DNA from: Mobula hypostoma
Taxonomy: Eukaryota
Length of the DNA stretch: 64,000 nucleotides
Direction of reading: 5' to 3'
Assembly: GCF_963921235.1 (NCBI RefSeq)
Contig: NC_086108.1
Coordinates: 85,066,001 to 85,130,000 of the forward strand
A program made the position numbers and the translations under genes. Of this stretch, positions 11,965 through 25,199 are shown one piece after another. Every line of letters begins with the position of its first letter. The stretch's first letter is position 1. The notes under the pieces were generated by a model. It searched no databases and had not been told where the DNA came from. It saw only the letters and a list, made by a program, of their open reading frames with translations.

Positions 11965-12810
11965 TTCTTGGAAGATTAAGAGGTTCAGCACGTTATCAAA
12001 AACCTAACAGACTTTTGCAGATGTACTGCTGAAATATTCTGACTGGTTACATCATGATCTAGTACAGCAATTCAAATACAAGAAGCTGCAGAGTAGTAGA
12101 CTCGGCCCATTACAGCACAAGCACATCCCTCCCCACCGTTGGAAGTATCTATGGAAGATGATGCCTCAAAAAGGCTACATCTATTGTCAAAGATCCTCAC
12201 TGTCCAGGCCATACCATCTTCTCACAGCTACCATCAGGCAGGAGGTACAGAACCCTAATGTCCCAGATAATCAGGGTCAAGAACAGCTACTTCCCTTTGA
12301 CAATTCAGTTCTTGAACCAACCAGCACAATCCTAAGCACTACCCCAAGGTAGCAACACAATGACCACTTTGCAATTTTGGCTTTTCTTGTTTTTTGGTCT
12401 AATTATGTGCTTTCTTGTAAAAATTGTGTATAATTCATATTTAAGATTTACATTTGAATGCTGCTTATACAATACAATATGCACCACAGTAGTGTAGCAG
12501 ACAGCACAACGTTATCGCAGCTCAGGGTGTTGGAGTTTAGAGTTCAAATCCGTAAAGGGTCTCTGTATGTCTTCCCCATGATCTCTGAGTGATCCGGTTT
12601 CCTCCCACAGTACAAAGACATACCAGGCAGGTTAACCGGTTATTGTAACTTGTTCCATGATTCGGTAAAGGTTAAATCAGGGTCTTCGAGGGGTGCTGGG
12701 CAGTCCAGAACAACCTATTCCGTGCCCTCTCTCTCTAAGTAAAATGTGCTTGTGGTGCTTCTGCACCATCTTTCCATTGCACCTGTGTATATAGCAATAA
12801 ACTTGAATAC
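11965..12810 (+). mobile_element. Rex1/Babar-type 3' fragment, interrupted in its 3'UTR by a SINE
   Basis: TTCTTGGAAGATTAAGAGGTTCAGC, ATTCTGACTGGTTACATC and CCATCAGGCAGGAGGTACAGA (LPSGRRYR) motifs. Tail resumes after 12745. Confidence 0.75.
12481..12745 (+). mobile_element. tRNA-derived V-SINE-type element
   Basis: A/B-box-like head (TAGTGTAGCAG; GAGTTCAAATCC) and V-domain core TCCGGTTTCCTCCCACA. Confidence 0.7.
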
Positions 12811-13385
12811 GAGATAGAGATGTTATTTCTATATAAAGGAATATTCATTCTTACTTGATAACTTTGGTTATGGTATTAAAGGGAAGCAGAACCTAAATAA
12901 TTGGTTAACTTCAAGTGACAATTCACTGACCCTCAATTTGAAAATGCCTACGACACAGCATTACAGGAGATTGATATAAAATTTATTGTGCAAAATATTG
13001 TTTTTTTTCCCCCTTCAAAATGCTTTGCAGAATGACCAGATTTGAACCAAAATATACATATACTCAAAACCATTTCATGAAAGAATATCATAAAGTTAAA
13101 TTGTCACAATATGAAAAACACAAAAGCCATAACAAGATAACAATTCAGCTTCCTACAGAATATGTAGGCTTTTGAGAAATTAATTAAAGTCAACAGGCCC
13201 TTGAAAAGATTAAGGGTCAAAAGATGCTCACAGTGCTCTTCATCAACCAAACTGAACATGAGAACACAAGTAATTGAAACAGGAGAAGGCTATTCAGTCC
13301 TCCAAGCCTGTTTTGCCATTCAGTAAGATTATAGCTGATAATACCTCAGTGCCACTTTCCTATACTTATTCCTTATCCTTGACTC

Positions 13386-14167
13386 ATAGAAACACAGAAA
13401 ACCTACAGCACAATACAGGCCTTTTGGCCCACAAAGTTGCTAGGGAGATTACTAGGGTTACCCATAGCCCTCTATTTTTCTAAGCTCCATGTACCTATCC
13501 AAAAGTCTCTTAAAAGACCCTATCGTATCCACCTCCACCACCGTTGCTGACAACCTATTCCACACACTCACCACTCTCTGTGTAAAAAAACTTACCCCTG
13601 ACATCTCCTCTGTACCTACTCCCAAGCACTTTAAACCTGTGCCCTCTTGTGGCAGCCATTTCAGCCCTGGGAAAAAGCCTCTGACTATCCACACGATCAA
13701 TGCCTCTCCTCATCTTATACACCTCTATCAAATCACCTTTCATCCTCCGTCACTCCAAGGAGAAAAGGCTGAGTTCACTCAACCTGTTTTCATAAGGCAT
13801 GCTCCCCAATCCAGGCAACATCCTTGTAAATCTCCTCTGCACCCTTTCTATGGCTTCCACATCCTTCCTGTAGTGAGGCGACCAGAACTGAGTACAGTTC
13901 TCCAAGTGGGGTCCAAACAGGGTCATACAGCTGCAACATTACCTCTAGGCTCTCAAATTCAATTCCACAATTGATGAAGGCCAATGCACCGTATGCCTTC
14001 TTAACCACAGAGTTAACTGCGCAGCAGCTTTGAGCGTCCTATGGAATTGGACCCCAAGATCCCTCTAATCCTCCACACTGCCAAGAGTCTTACCATTAAT
14101 ACTATATCCTGCCATCATATTTAACCTCACACTTAGCTGGGTTGAACTCCATCTGCCACTTCTCAGC
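13386..14167 (-). mobile_element. CR1 LINE 3' fragment, (TTTCTATG)-type tail
   Basis: ORFs 13790-14008, 13555-13743 and 13458-13700 give VKKAYGALAFIN, GDLIEVYK, TRGH and FFTQRVVSVWNRL, with frameshifts. Confidence 0.92.
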
Positions 14168-14568
14168 AAAAGCAAGGATATGACGCTGAGGCTTTACAAG
14201 GCATTGGTCAGACCACCGCACAGGGAGTGTTGTGAGCAGTTTTGGCCCCTTATCTAAGAAAGGACATACTGACATCGGAGAGGGTCCAGAGGGGCTTCAC
14301 AAGAATGAGTCCAGGAATGTGTGAGGGGTGTTCGATGGCTCTGGGTCTGTACTCGCTGGAGTTTAGAAGCACCGGGGGGGGGGGGGCGAAATCTCACTGA
14401 AAACTCTCAAATACTGAAACGTCTAGAGAGAGTGGATGTGGAGAGGATGTTTCCTATAGCAGTGGTATCTAGAACCAGTGGACACAACAGCAAAATAGGT
14501 GAACGTCAATTTAGAACAGGGATGAGGAGGAATTTCTTTAGCCAAAGCATGGTAAATCTGTGGAATTC
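14168..14568 (+). mobile_element. CR1 internal fragment of a different subfamily, abutting the previous copy
   Basis: LRLYKALVRP ... ERMFP ... RRNFFSQSMVNLWN. No tail. Confidence 0.85.
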
Positions 14569-15204
14569 CCCTCAGATCACAAAATTAATCTGTCTTGAAC
14601 ATATTCACCAAATCAGCTTCCACAGCTCTCTCGTGTAGAGATTTTTGCAACCCTCCAATTGAAGAAAATGTTTCAGATGTCCCCACTAGATGTCCAAGCA
14701 CTTATTTTGAGACTGCCAACTCTCAACCAATATCCAATGAAGAACTCTCAGGGACACACATACATGACAGCCATGCACATGCTTGATTTTCAGCATCAGT
14801 TTAAAATACACTGCAAATCTGATCAATTCTAGAATTGACTGCACAACATGTTGGCTCTCCAGCTACCTTACAACCTGCATCTGCAAAGGGAACAGTCTTG
14901 GAGATAAACAGTACAACAAATGAACATCTGAAAGTTACAAGAAGCTTAGAGTTTCAGTGTCGAACTGTATTTCCCATTGCAAAGAAGTTGGAGGCCAAAT
15001 GCAATATAGAAAGAAACAGAAACATAAAACAATAATTACAGTAACTTCCTCCCCAGGAAAATATACTATGTTTAGTGAATAGGTACATAAAATGTTGGTG
15101 CATAAAATCATTTTGGACACAATGAGGGTTGTTAATGTTAACAGTTAATTAATCCCATTCAGTGCAGGAAAAGCTTTGCCACTTTACAGCTCTATCCTAA
15201 CTTC

Positions 15205-15400
15205 CATAAGACCATAAAACATAGGAGCAGAATTAGGCCATTTGTCCCATCAAGTCTGCTCTGTCACTCCATTATGGTTGATTTACTATTCTTTCAACCC
15301 CATTCTCCTGCCTTCTCCCTGTAACCTTAGATACCCTTACTAATCAAGAACCCACCTACCTCCACTTTAAATATACACAATGACTTTGCCTCCACAGTTG
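15205..15400 (-). mobile_element. CR1 3' tail fragment, (ATGGTCTT)-type
   Basis: CCATAAGACCATAAAACATAGGAGCAGAATTAGGCCAT matches the 3' ends at 31401 and 63035. Confidence 0.85.
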
Positions 15401-16221
15401 GCTCTGAAAAGTGATTAGGTACATAATGATACTAGAATATTTGTTTTTATTTTTGGATTAATTCACATTTTATTATTCCATAAGTCTTTGTAGACTTTCA
15501 ATAAAATGAAAACAATTCAAGCTCTTTAGAAAAGTAAATGCAACAAGTGTCTTTAAACAACTGTTGCCTGCTAACAACAAGGCAATGTTTGCATTCTACT
15601 GGACATGAACTCTCCAAAACTGAAACCTCTTGTATAATACTCAAAATAGTTTTTCATCTTCAGTGAATTATAGTGAAGGTGCTAAATTAGTGCATCAACT
15701 TCAGTAACAAACCCTTGCTGTCAACAACTTGCTACTAATTGCATTTACTTAAAGTTACATAATCAACTGCTACAGATTTGTACCGAGCAATTAAGCAATG
15801 AACAAATATAGTGTCCAATATGATGCTATTCATATTTAAGTGCAGATTTCACTTTCTTCCCAAATCCTCCTTAATATTATAAACTGCACTGGCAGCAAAA
15901 GGCCAGTAAGCAGCACTCCAGGCACACATATTGACATACACATAGATGAGAATTTTTCCTTCAATTCAGCTGAAGAATACACACTGTAAAAATCCATCTT
16001 TTCATTTTTGTTGCTATGAAAGTTCAGCCAATAGCAAATTTTTCAGCATTACCACCAGAGTGGTTTTTCTCTACCGAGTGAGTGAAGTCCTCCATCGGTC
16101 ACAGTTAACCATGGATGTTGTGCCCCAGCTGTATAAATACGCAAGCCTGGGCGGTACGATACAGATAGCATCTGAATGACCCAAAGGAATGAAAGTTTGA
16201 TACAAGCAGAGTCACAGGAGC

Positions 16222-16405
16222 TGTCAGACAGCATTGAACTCAATGTAGGACTGCCTTAGAGACTCCAGCTCCGGATTTTCCCCTCCGGGTTTACTCCCGA
16301 AGCCTTCCCTATGAGAGGCTATAGCCACAAAGCAGCTGAGGTTTGAGATCAGAGTTTTCCTTCTAAATGAGCTGTCAACCACGGCTGACAAGCCTATCTG
16401 CCCCT
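16222..16405 (-). mobile_element. Probable RTE-clade LINE 5'-region fragment
   Basis: Minus strand ...TAGAAGGAAAACTCTGATCTCAAACCTC...GGCTTCGGGAGTAAACCC...AAATCCGGAGCTGGAGTC resembles RTE-type 5' regions as I recall them. Not verified by search. Confidence 0.45.
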
Positions 16406-16519
16406 TCTCTACTACTTGTAAACTATATAGCATTGAAATCATTTCTTTAAAAAATACACGTGCTAATGTTGTGACACAGGAAACACAATCACTGATTTAT
16501 AGACAAGCTCTCACAACCT

Positions 16520-16960
16520 GCATTTGAGAACCTGGTTATAGGAAAAAGTTGAAAAGGTGAGGACTTTATTCCCTGGAACGTAGGAGAATGAGGGGAGATT
16601 TGATAGAGATATAGAATATACAAGGGTATAGATAGGGTAAATGCAAGCAGGTTTTTCCTATCAAGACTGAGTGAGAAGAGAAGTAGTGGTCATGGGCTGA
16701 GCATGAAAGGTGAAATATTTAAGGGAAACACAAGACAGAACTTCTTCACTCAGAGACTGTGGAATGAACTGGCAGTGAAAATGGTGGATGCGGGTTCAAT
16801 TTCAACATTTAAGGTAAGTGGATAAGTCAATAGATGGGAGGGGGTAGAAAGGGCTATGGTCCAGATGCAGGATGAAGGGACTAGGCAGAATAATATCCAG
16901 GCATGAATAGATGGCCCGAAGGGCTTATTTCTGCACTGTGGTGCTGTATGACTCTATGAT
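16520..16960 (+). mobile_element. CR1 3' fragment, (ACTCTATG)-type tail
   Basis: GGACTTTATTCCCTGGAACGTAGGAGAATGAGGGGAGATTTGATAGAG = GLYSLERRRMRGDLIE. Ends in GTATGACTCTATGA. Confidence 0.85.
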
Positions 16961-17029
16961 ACCAGTATTTATTCCTCAAGCAAAAATTAAGAAATTTGTC
17001 TGAGTCACCAAAATTAACTGCACTGGCCT

Positions 17030-17160
17030 TCACTTGAGAGGTGCAGCAGTCCCTCAGTAATGCCCAGATTTTGCACTCCAGTCTTTAGCATTACATAGAA
17101 TATTTCCACTTTCTGACTCAGAGGTGAGAGTGCCAACAATTGCATCAATTGACCATGGCA
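17030..17160 (-). mobile_element. Ancient DeuSINE (SacSINE1/AmnSINE-related) head fragment
   Basis: Reverse complement has TTGGCACTCTCACCTCTGAGTCAGAAAG...TACTGAGGGACTGCTGCAC, recognised from the family pattern. Confidence 0.55.
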
Positions 17161-20100
17161 CATGCTACCACAGCTAAATAAGGGCTGTAGTTAAATGGTA
17201 TTACTGGAAGCCAAAAGAACAATTGGCTCAAGATAATACTATCAAAAATATCTTCACTCCACTATGATCATGACAGTGACTCAAGAGATGGGGTACTAAT
17301 TAGTCAGACTGCACTCCTGTTATCTGGACATTTATTTACTCATCACCAACTTTTCAGCCTAACTTTTGTATTAATTTACACATTTATGTATCATCGTGAG
17401 CAAGGAGCCCCCCCCCATCCACATGTTGTTTAATTTTCCAGCAACATTCACAACTGAGGTGTAAGAAATTCTAGGGGTGCACAAGATTAATTAAGCAAGA
17501 CCTCATTTCCTTTTTAAGTAATTGGTAGAAGGATTACAGAGTGAAAGAAAAACATCTGCACCCTTCCCCCACACCCTGCAGAAGTGTTTGATGGCCTAAA
17601 CTTATTCTCCAAAGCAGAAACTCCCATTATGTTTAAAACTAAAGTTCTTTGAAATGCCAAGACCTCCAGACCAAGAGCTGAAAAGCAACATGAGATTGGG
17701 CGCCTCCATTTTTTGGCCAGCACAGATATGGGCCAAATTCTCCCTCTTCAATGCCACACATTTATAAGATTTGCTGATTGAAAAGTTGCAATACTAGGGA
17801 GATTTGCTCAAAAACCCAACAAACATTTTTTCAGCCGAAAATGCTGAAAAAAATATCAGCAGTTCAGACAGTATCTGAAGACAGTGGGAAAGAAATAATA
17901 TTGAAAGTCACTGGCATTTAATCAGCTCCAATATATTCTAAATGGATTCTAACTGAAATTCCATGCATGAATACAGGTATATTCACCATATGCATATTCT
18001 CACCAATAACACTACCTCATTATTGCAGAGCAGTCCTGGTCCTTTTCGGTATGAGGTGTTTAAACAATAAATCTTTCCTTCCCAGTGATCTTAACAATTC
18101 CTGAATTCTAATTTTCCTCTAGTCATTTTTTCCCTTCACATTCCACTAACCCAGTCTTTCTCAAAATCTTATCTCTTGCCGGATTATCACTGTCCTATCA
18201 TATCTTGATCTCTATGATCCCAAACAGCAAAGGCTTCAAATTCAACTCCTGATAATCCCATTTCAATGAATTGAACCCCAACTTTCTTTCAGCTGCCTTT
18301 CTTTTATATCCAATTATTAAATCACTTCAGATTGTGGACTCTTTCTCCAATCTTTTGAATTTCCAATCCTCCTAGACCCCACCTCCTAGCCTTTTACCCT
18401 CACTAATAAAAGTTAACCTGAAACTCTGTTCGTCTTTCCATTGCTGCCTGGCCTGCTGAACATTGAAAACGTATTCTGTTTTTATTTCAAAATCTTAATA
18501 TGTTCCAGTTAGAGATAACCAACAAGCTTCTTCCTTTGTTTTACCTCCACGTGATTTGTAGTTTTCCCTATAAGTACCTTTCAAAGACACCTGCAGCTGC
18601 TGTCTTATTGTTCACCATGTGGCTTGACAAAAGTAGCCCAATGAAAAATACACTAGGCCATGAGGTTAAATACTGTGGTAAAGGACAATTTGGTTGCTCC
18701 ACAAATGCAGAGTTTTGTGCTGAGTTTTCTATTTTTAATCAATCTAATTCATCAAAGTGGTGGACACAACATGGAAGGTGGCATCAGGGACATTAAACAT
18801 TTCCAAGCATTTCTAAATTAAAATATAAAAATGGATTCTAGTTTTTAAAAAATCGCAATTATACAACTTAACAAAAGTCCATCAGAGCAGGAACAACTTC
18901 AAGGCTGCTAAGGGAATTTACAGGGAAGCATTAATAGCTGAAAAGACAGTCTCAAAACTTTATAGGGCATCACATAGCTCAGAGATTTGAAGATAGAATT
19001 AAAAAAAATTCTGCCTCAAAACTGACAAATTTTCTCTTATCCTTTTCTGTTCCTATTTTAAATATTCTTATCCTAGAGGACTTCAGTCCTAAAGACATGC
19101 CTGACTAAAACTTTCCAATTCCAATTGATAATAGTTGCAAGAAACAAAGTTGTGCTTACCAAATACTAGCAATACCTTGAAGCTTAAAGATATGCTACTC
19201 AGGAAAGGTGATGCCCATTTAAAAGCAGCTCAACTATGAAAAACATCAATAAATCAGACCTGTAGAAAATAAACTGACACGGCTGCATCCCTTACCTTTC
19301 CTGAAAATCGACTGGGTTTCATTCTAAATTATCTGGAAACTTGACTAAGTAATGACTACTTATGCATATGCTTGGAAAGCAAATATTTGCAGGCTAATCA
19401 GCACTACAGCCAAAACTAATGTTGTACCCACAAGAATTTGCAAATGTGCCCTCTCCAGCAGGATCATAATTAGTAAAGCAATCAGTATCACACTAGGCAG
19501 AACTGTTAACAACTTTTGCATCTGTGTGGGGATGGAAGAGAAAATAATTTATTCTGGATTCAAAACCAGGTGGGGGAGGTAAAGGGAGGACTAATACTTT
19601 TACTACATTAGAGGACACAAGTTATTACTGGTTTGACATTAATGGATTAATGTACACACAGAAAGATCAGAATTTTCACTGAATGAAAGATTTCACTGAC
19701 TTGAAATTTTAACAATTACAAGATTATGTTTTGATGGTGCTGTGCATCAGGGTTGGAATTTATATTTCATAGATTTCTGCCTGACCCAAGAATACATCCA
19801 TTCCACACTTTTTAAAAACAACAGCAAATCCCAAAGTGAAGTTTTGATTTGATTCATTCTTGAATCAACCTTGAATCTACTCCTTTGTACTCATGATAAT
19901 CTTGCACTATTATTAAGCTCAAATATGAGTGCCAATTTAAGAAATCTGATGTTAGGCATGCAATGGCATGGCTCCTGAAGGAAACTAATTGCAATTTATG
20001 TCTTAGTGCTGGAAATGTTGATGTGAAAGAGGATGTTGGTTTGCTTTGCTTAACAGTTAATTAGGATGATTTAATAAAGACAGGTTTGGCGGTACATCTC

Positions 20101-21399
20101 CTGTGAGGTAGAACTCCATGAATAAGAGCATATATGAGGGTGCAGATCACAGTGCTGCTTAACATACTTCAAAGTTTCTACTTGAGCAGCCAAAGGTTGC
20201 ACTGCATGCTGAAGGCAAGAGATCCAAAGGGGTCTAACCTTTCCAGGCTCATCTGTAGTTGAGGTGTAATGTAATGAAATTGAAGCAGGTTGGTAGAGGA
20301 CTTTGTTTTGCAAATGTAATTGTAAAGGCCATTATTGTTATATGCTTCAGTAAAAATAAAAATTATGATGATTTGGAGCTTAACCTCCCACTTCATCCAG
20401 CTCCATAACAGAGGTGGAATGCAGTGCATGGTGAACACTTCCCTCCAGCAAGAAAACAGTTGAAAGAAAGTTGCAGCACTGTGATTGGAATTATTGAGAA
20501 AGTGTCGGGGCAATGATCTAGGCTGGCTTAACACCAGTCTACATTGAGACCCCATCTTCAGAATAAGATCAGAATGCTATAATGTAGTAAAATCAATAAT
20601 GGGAACAAATTTAATAAAGCTGCCAGATCTGAGCAGGGTTCTCCACAGTTGTTTTCGATTAATGGAGTCAAAGCTTTTGTAACATCAAAAACAACAAAAA
20701 ACATTTAGTAGTCAATGCAGCATCTTGAATTTGAATGTTGACATGCAAAGAAAATCATGTCCAGATCAAAAGCATGTTGCCATGATAGTTTGTGTCTTCC
20801 TGATGAGCCAGGTGTTGGTGATGACAAAACCATATTCTAATTATTTTGTCAGATCAAGGACATATTGCAATGCTCTTTCCAGAGGATTGTGTCCTTTCTG
20901 ACCCTGGAATTACCCAGGAAAATTAGTTCTATTCCCTTGGGATCACAGACCTATGTTTTTCCAACATTGAAAAAAAATCTTCATCAGACTCTTCCAATGC
21001 CTGCAGAATTAGAGATTTATGCACTAATGACTACAGCATGTAGGTCCCCAATTAGAGGGACATGAGACATTCAATTACCACAGAGTTTCTAACTAAAACT
21101 AGCTCATGGCTTACAGCAAAATGTATCCTATGAAGCCTTGTTTCTTGAGCTGGTCATCCTCTATCCACCATATATCACCCAGACCAGATATGTCCACAGC
21201 CATAGTCTGGCTCTGACACTGAATAATGTTTAAATCTATAGCAGTTAGGGCTATCCTAATTGTCAGGCCCTAAATTTCTTATTGAGTAGTAGAAGCTACC
21301 TGGTGAATAATATTCTTTAAGCCATTTCCCAGCAGGTGCCACATGAGCTTATCAGAGCAAAACCCAGTGACAAAGGAGTCCAGTACAACCAAGCCATAC

Positions 21400-21600
21400 C
21401 TTGAAATAACCGCAATAGTTTCCAAATTTGTTTCACTGGCTCTTTTATGTTTACATGGAAAACTGAAGTTTAAGATCTCACTTGAAAGATAACAGATCCA
21501 ATAAGGCAGTACTACCTCTATATCACAGTGGAGTGTTAGGCTGGATTGCATGCTCAAATCTCTGGAATGGGACAAACTCCCAAATGTAATATCATGCAAG
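21400..21600 (-). mobile_element. Second degenerate DeuSINE-like fragment
   Basis: Reverse complement CCCATTCCAGAGATTTGAGCATGCAATCCAGCCTAACACTCCACTG...TCTTTCAAGTGAGATCTTAAAC. Confidence 0.5.
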
Positions 21601-21647
21601 CATAATAAAGACTGAGCTATTTTCCCCCACTTTAAATTGCAAGTAGA

Positions 21648-21866
21648 TGATGGTGAATCTGTGGAATTCATTGCAACAGACGGCTGAGGAGGCCAATTCA
21701 TGGAATATTTTTAAAGTGGAGCTTGGTAGGTTCTTGCTTAGTAAGGGCGTCAAAGGTTACGGGAAGACGACAGAAGAATGGGGTTGAGAGGAATAATGAA
21801 TCAGCTATGATGGAATGGTAGAGCCAAATGCCCCAATTCTTTTCCTGTGTCTTATAACCTTATGGT
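21648..21866 (+). mobile_element. CR1 3' tail fragment
   Basis: GGTGAATCTGTGGAATTCATTGC (VNLWNSL) through TCTTATAACCTTATGG. Confidence 0.85.
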
Positions 21867-22564
21867 ATTAAAATGGTATACCAGAAAAGGAAAAATGCAA
21901 ATGGTTCAAAATACAGTAAGGATTGACAGATCATGGAAAACAGTACAATAAATATGGCTGATTGATTTCATGCATTGAACTACTTCTGGTCCCAATTAAT
22001 TTTAAACCACTAACATATTATGTGAAATCACTATAACCTATAACCAAACAGGAATATTCTGGATGGCTTAGGTTATTCGGGAAATGTAGTGGCATGGTCA
22101 TGGTGGAGTGGTTGATAGTTAAAGAAGAATAAAATAACGGACCAAAGCGCTATGTTTACTAGTTTGGAGGGAATCCTTCAACAAAGATCCAACAATGAGC
22201 ACTAATCATTCAGTATCATTCTACTACATTAGCAGATCTCGTGGTACACAGTCCAAGTAACTATTTTTCATTGTGTAATCTGGAAGAAATGGTTCCATGC
22301 TTTTCTTGATTGCTATATAGGAAATTGCAATATCTATCATCACATAAAGTTCCAATAGGTGTACTGAATAATTATCAGGAGTAAAAATCCAACCTGATGT
22401 TTTCTTTTCTCTAGCTTGCGATCAACTTCTGTAAATTGTTGTCGCTCAAGCAACGTCAAATGAGTTCCACTAACAAAGAAATGAGAATCAGTTTTATCAT
22501 CATCGACTTAAATATCATAAAATCTGCTTTTTCCAACAGTGCAGTATCATAAAATCATAAATTA

Positions 22565-22781
22565 TATTGTTCTACGTTCTGGTGTATTGTAATGCAGTAT
22601 TGTATACATGTACTATGCTGTATTGTTCTATGCTCTATGCTGTGTTGTAATACAGTATTGTATACATGTACTATGCTGTATTCTATGTTCTATGCTGTAT
22701 TGTAATACAGTATTGTATACATATCCTATGCTGTATTGTTCTATGTTCTATGCTGTGTTATAATACAGTATTGTATACATG
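22565..22781. repeat. Minisatellite, about 55-58-bp unit x4
   Basis: Unit TATTGTTCTATGYTCTATGCTGTRTTGTAATACAGTATTGTATACATGTACTATGCTG. Lies within a minus-strand Rex1-type tail (about 22480-22940). Confidence 0.9.
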
Positions 22782-25199
22782 TTTAAAAAAAATTATAAAT
22801 TTAATAGTGCACAAGAAATGGAATAGTGAAATAGTGATCATAGACATTCAGATGCCAGAGGGGAAGAAGCTGCTCCTAAAATGTTGAGTGTGGGTCTTCA
22901 GGCTCCCGTACCTCCTCCCTGATGGAGAAGAGGGCATGTCTGGAAAATCCAGAATGTAGCTGGGACAAATGCCAAGGAATCCATACTAATAATCTACTTA
23001 TCCACCAAACAGCTTTCATGAATAACCTTTTGGACTTCCAAAGGAACAAACTGCTAACTTTCTTGTATTTATAAGATAGGACACTTGCTACGTTCCATGT
23101 CAGACAACACAGTAGACCTAACTAACATATTTAACTGTAAGTTACACAAGTCAACATCTTAATTACTCAGTATTGCCAAATTAGCACCATAATTAAGCAC
23201 AAATATTGTTTACAGATGAGGTGGAGATAAATATAGGAAGTATCAAACATTTCATTTACCACCCAGGAAGTAGACTCACTATGGGATCCACCTCCTAGAT
23301 ATAATACTGAGAGGTTAATCTCAATTGCAATTGGTGCCTTTTAATATGAGAAAGGAAATCTGACCAGTCAGGTGGACTGAAATTCCAAAACTAATCCAAG
23401 TATAAAAAATCCTGACTAATATTTATACTTGAACATGCATTTTGTAATTCACTCAATACCTTGATATTTACAAAAATGGCTTTTGCGTTTCCTATGCGAC
23501 AACAATATAAAGGCTGGCAATAAAATTTCACTGGCTTTTGACAACTTTAGCATATCCTACAAATGTGGAAGTGCTATAAGGAATGCTCAATTTTCTCTAT
23601 GAAATGCAATTCACTCTCATATTATTGGATTTCAACATTCCAAACTAGTTTTATACAACTGCCAATTATACGATTTCACTTTTTTAAAAATATAAAATTA
23701 GCTTCACTTTGAAAATGAACATTTTGATCAAGAAATTCACCCAATAGCTGAATAAACTACCTGGGTTATGCATACACAAAAGCCAAATTTTACTTCTAAA
23801 ATAAGTGAGGCTAACAGCTCCCACCATTATTTATGAATAAATTGCACAGCATCAGTAAGATCAACCATGCGAAATGTCAAAAGCTGCAAGTGGAGCAGTG
23901 CCCTTCTATTAGATTTTCAAAAGCCATCTTGTTTTCTGGCTCAAAAGACATTGAGCACAGTGGTGTGTCCTGTTGTAGTGAATGCAAACTAAGCTCACCA
24001 CACAAGTTTCAGTCTGCATACCTCTTAAAAAAATAGTGTGATACATGTTAATTACTACTATACAAATCCTTCTGACATGGATAACTAACTACTTACTGCA
24101 TGTGGGTAGCACATTCCATCAGCTTGTAATTGCTTTTCCAAAATCTTCAATAACATTTAATTTAAATTTATCTCCCTTTGTCCCTTTCTCATGCTCTCTT
24201 ACTCTAACATTTGTTTCCCTCTCTTTTTTTTCTCTGTATGTAATTCCTTGATGAATTCATTATTCTAATATTTTGCCTGCCTCAGTTCAGGAATTACAAG
24301 ATTGCTAGCATGTGCACACAAATCCCAGAAACACTGTTGAAGGACACCATATTTACTTGATCTACAACTTACTAGGCGTCATGCAAAGTAAGCTAAGAAA
24401 AACAGGCCTGTTCATCGGCTAGTTCCTGCATATGGCCCAATAAATCCACAACATTCATATCATATTTTCAGTCTGTACTTTAACCCATCACCATCCTGAA
24501 CTGCTACCTATTTTCATTAGCAACAGACACTTTGACCCTACAACCCAAATATTGATCAAACTTCCATAGGCAAGAGTTAATTCAAAAGGCGTAATTAACA
24601 TCCAGACTCTAATTGCTGTCCAGACACTCATTATTCAAGTGGTCTCTATGAAACTTCTTCAGGCTTTAAAAACTGATATTCACACTGACTCCATTAAAAC
24701 ACAGCTAAATAGGACATGAAACATGAAGAGCTTTAAGGGACATTTGAAAGTTCGGAACTTGTCCCTAAATCCCAGATAACCAGTTTTGGAATGACCCAAT
24801 ATTTGACCTGATTGAAAAAGATGCCTTTATTTAGAGGCCAACATTTTCCTAGTGAAAGAAAGATGTTACACTAATTGGCCTGCAATTTCTTGCTTTATCT
24901 CTATTTCTTTCGAATAAAGAAGTTACAGTTGTTATTTTCCAATCTAATCAAACCTTCCTTAAATCTGGAGCATTTGAAAAATTTAAACCAACATAAACTA
25001 GCTTATCAGCCACTTGTTTTGAGATCATAGAAATAAGTCCATTTGCTCCTTGGTGCAAAGCACTTATCATTCATCAGCCTATGCCTGACTATCTTCCAAG
25101 TTCATTCTGAGAAACAGAGAATGGAAAATAAATAATGTACAACAAACAGCAAACATCCTCAGTTCTTACAGATGAATAAAAGGATTGTCATTACTTAAA

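Noticed and set aside
16222..16405. HDV-like ribozyme in the RTE-like 5' fragment
   Set aside because: Some RTE elements carry one, but I could not build the nested double pseudoknot from this fragment, which probably lacks the extreme 5' end.
19285..19315. 5-nt micro-exon TTTTCAG|GAAAG|GTAAGG on the minus strand
   Set aside because: Short pyrimidine tract and frame-shifting length; compatible with chance.
20060..20700. Unique-looking block with 80- and 125-aa ORFs and faint Harbinger-like motifs
   Set aside because: Motifs are too degenerate and no coherent splice-site pair is seen; cannot be supported without a search.
22565..22781. Regularly spaced repeats as a CRISPR-like array
   Set aside because: The units are contiguous tandem copies without unique spacers.
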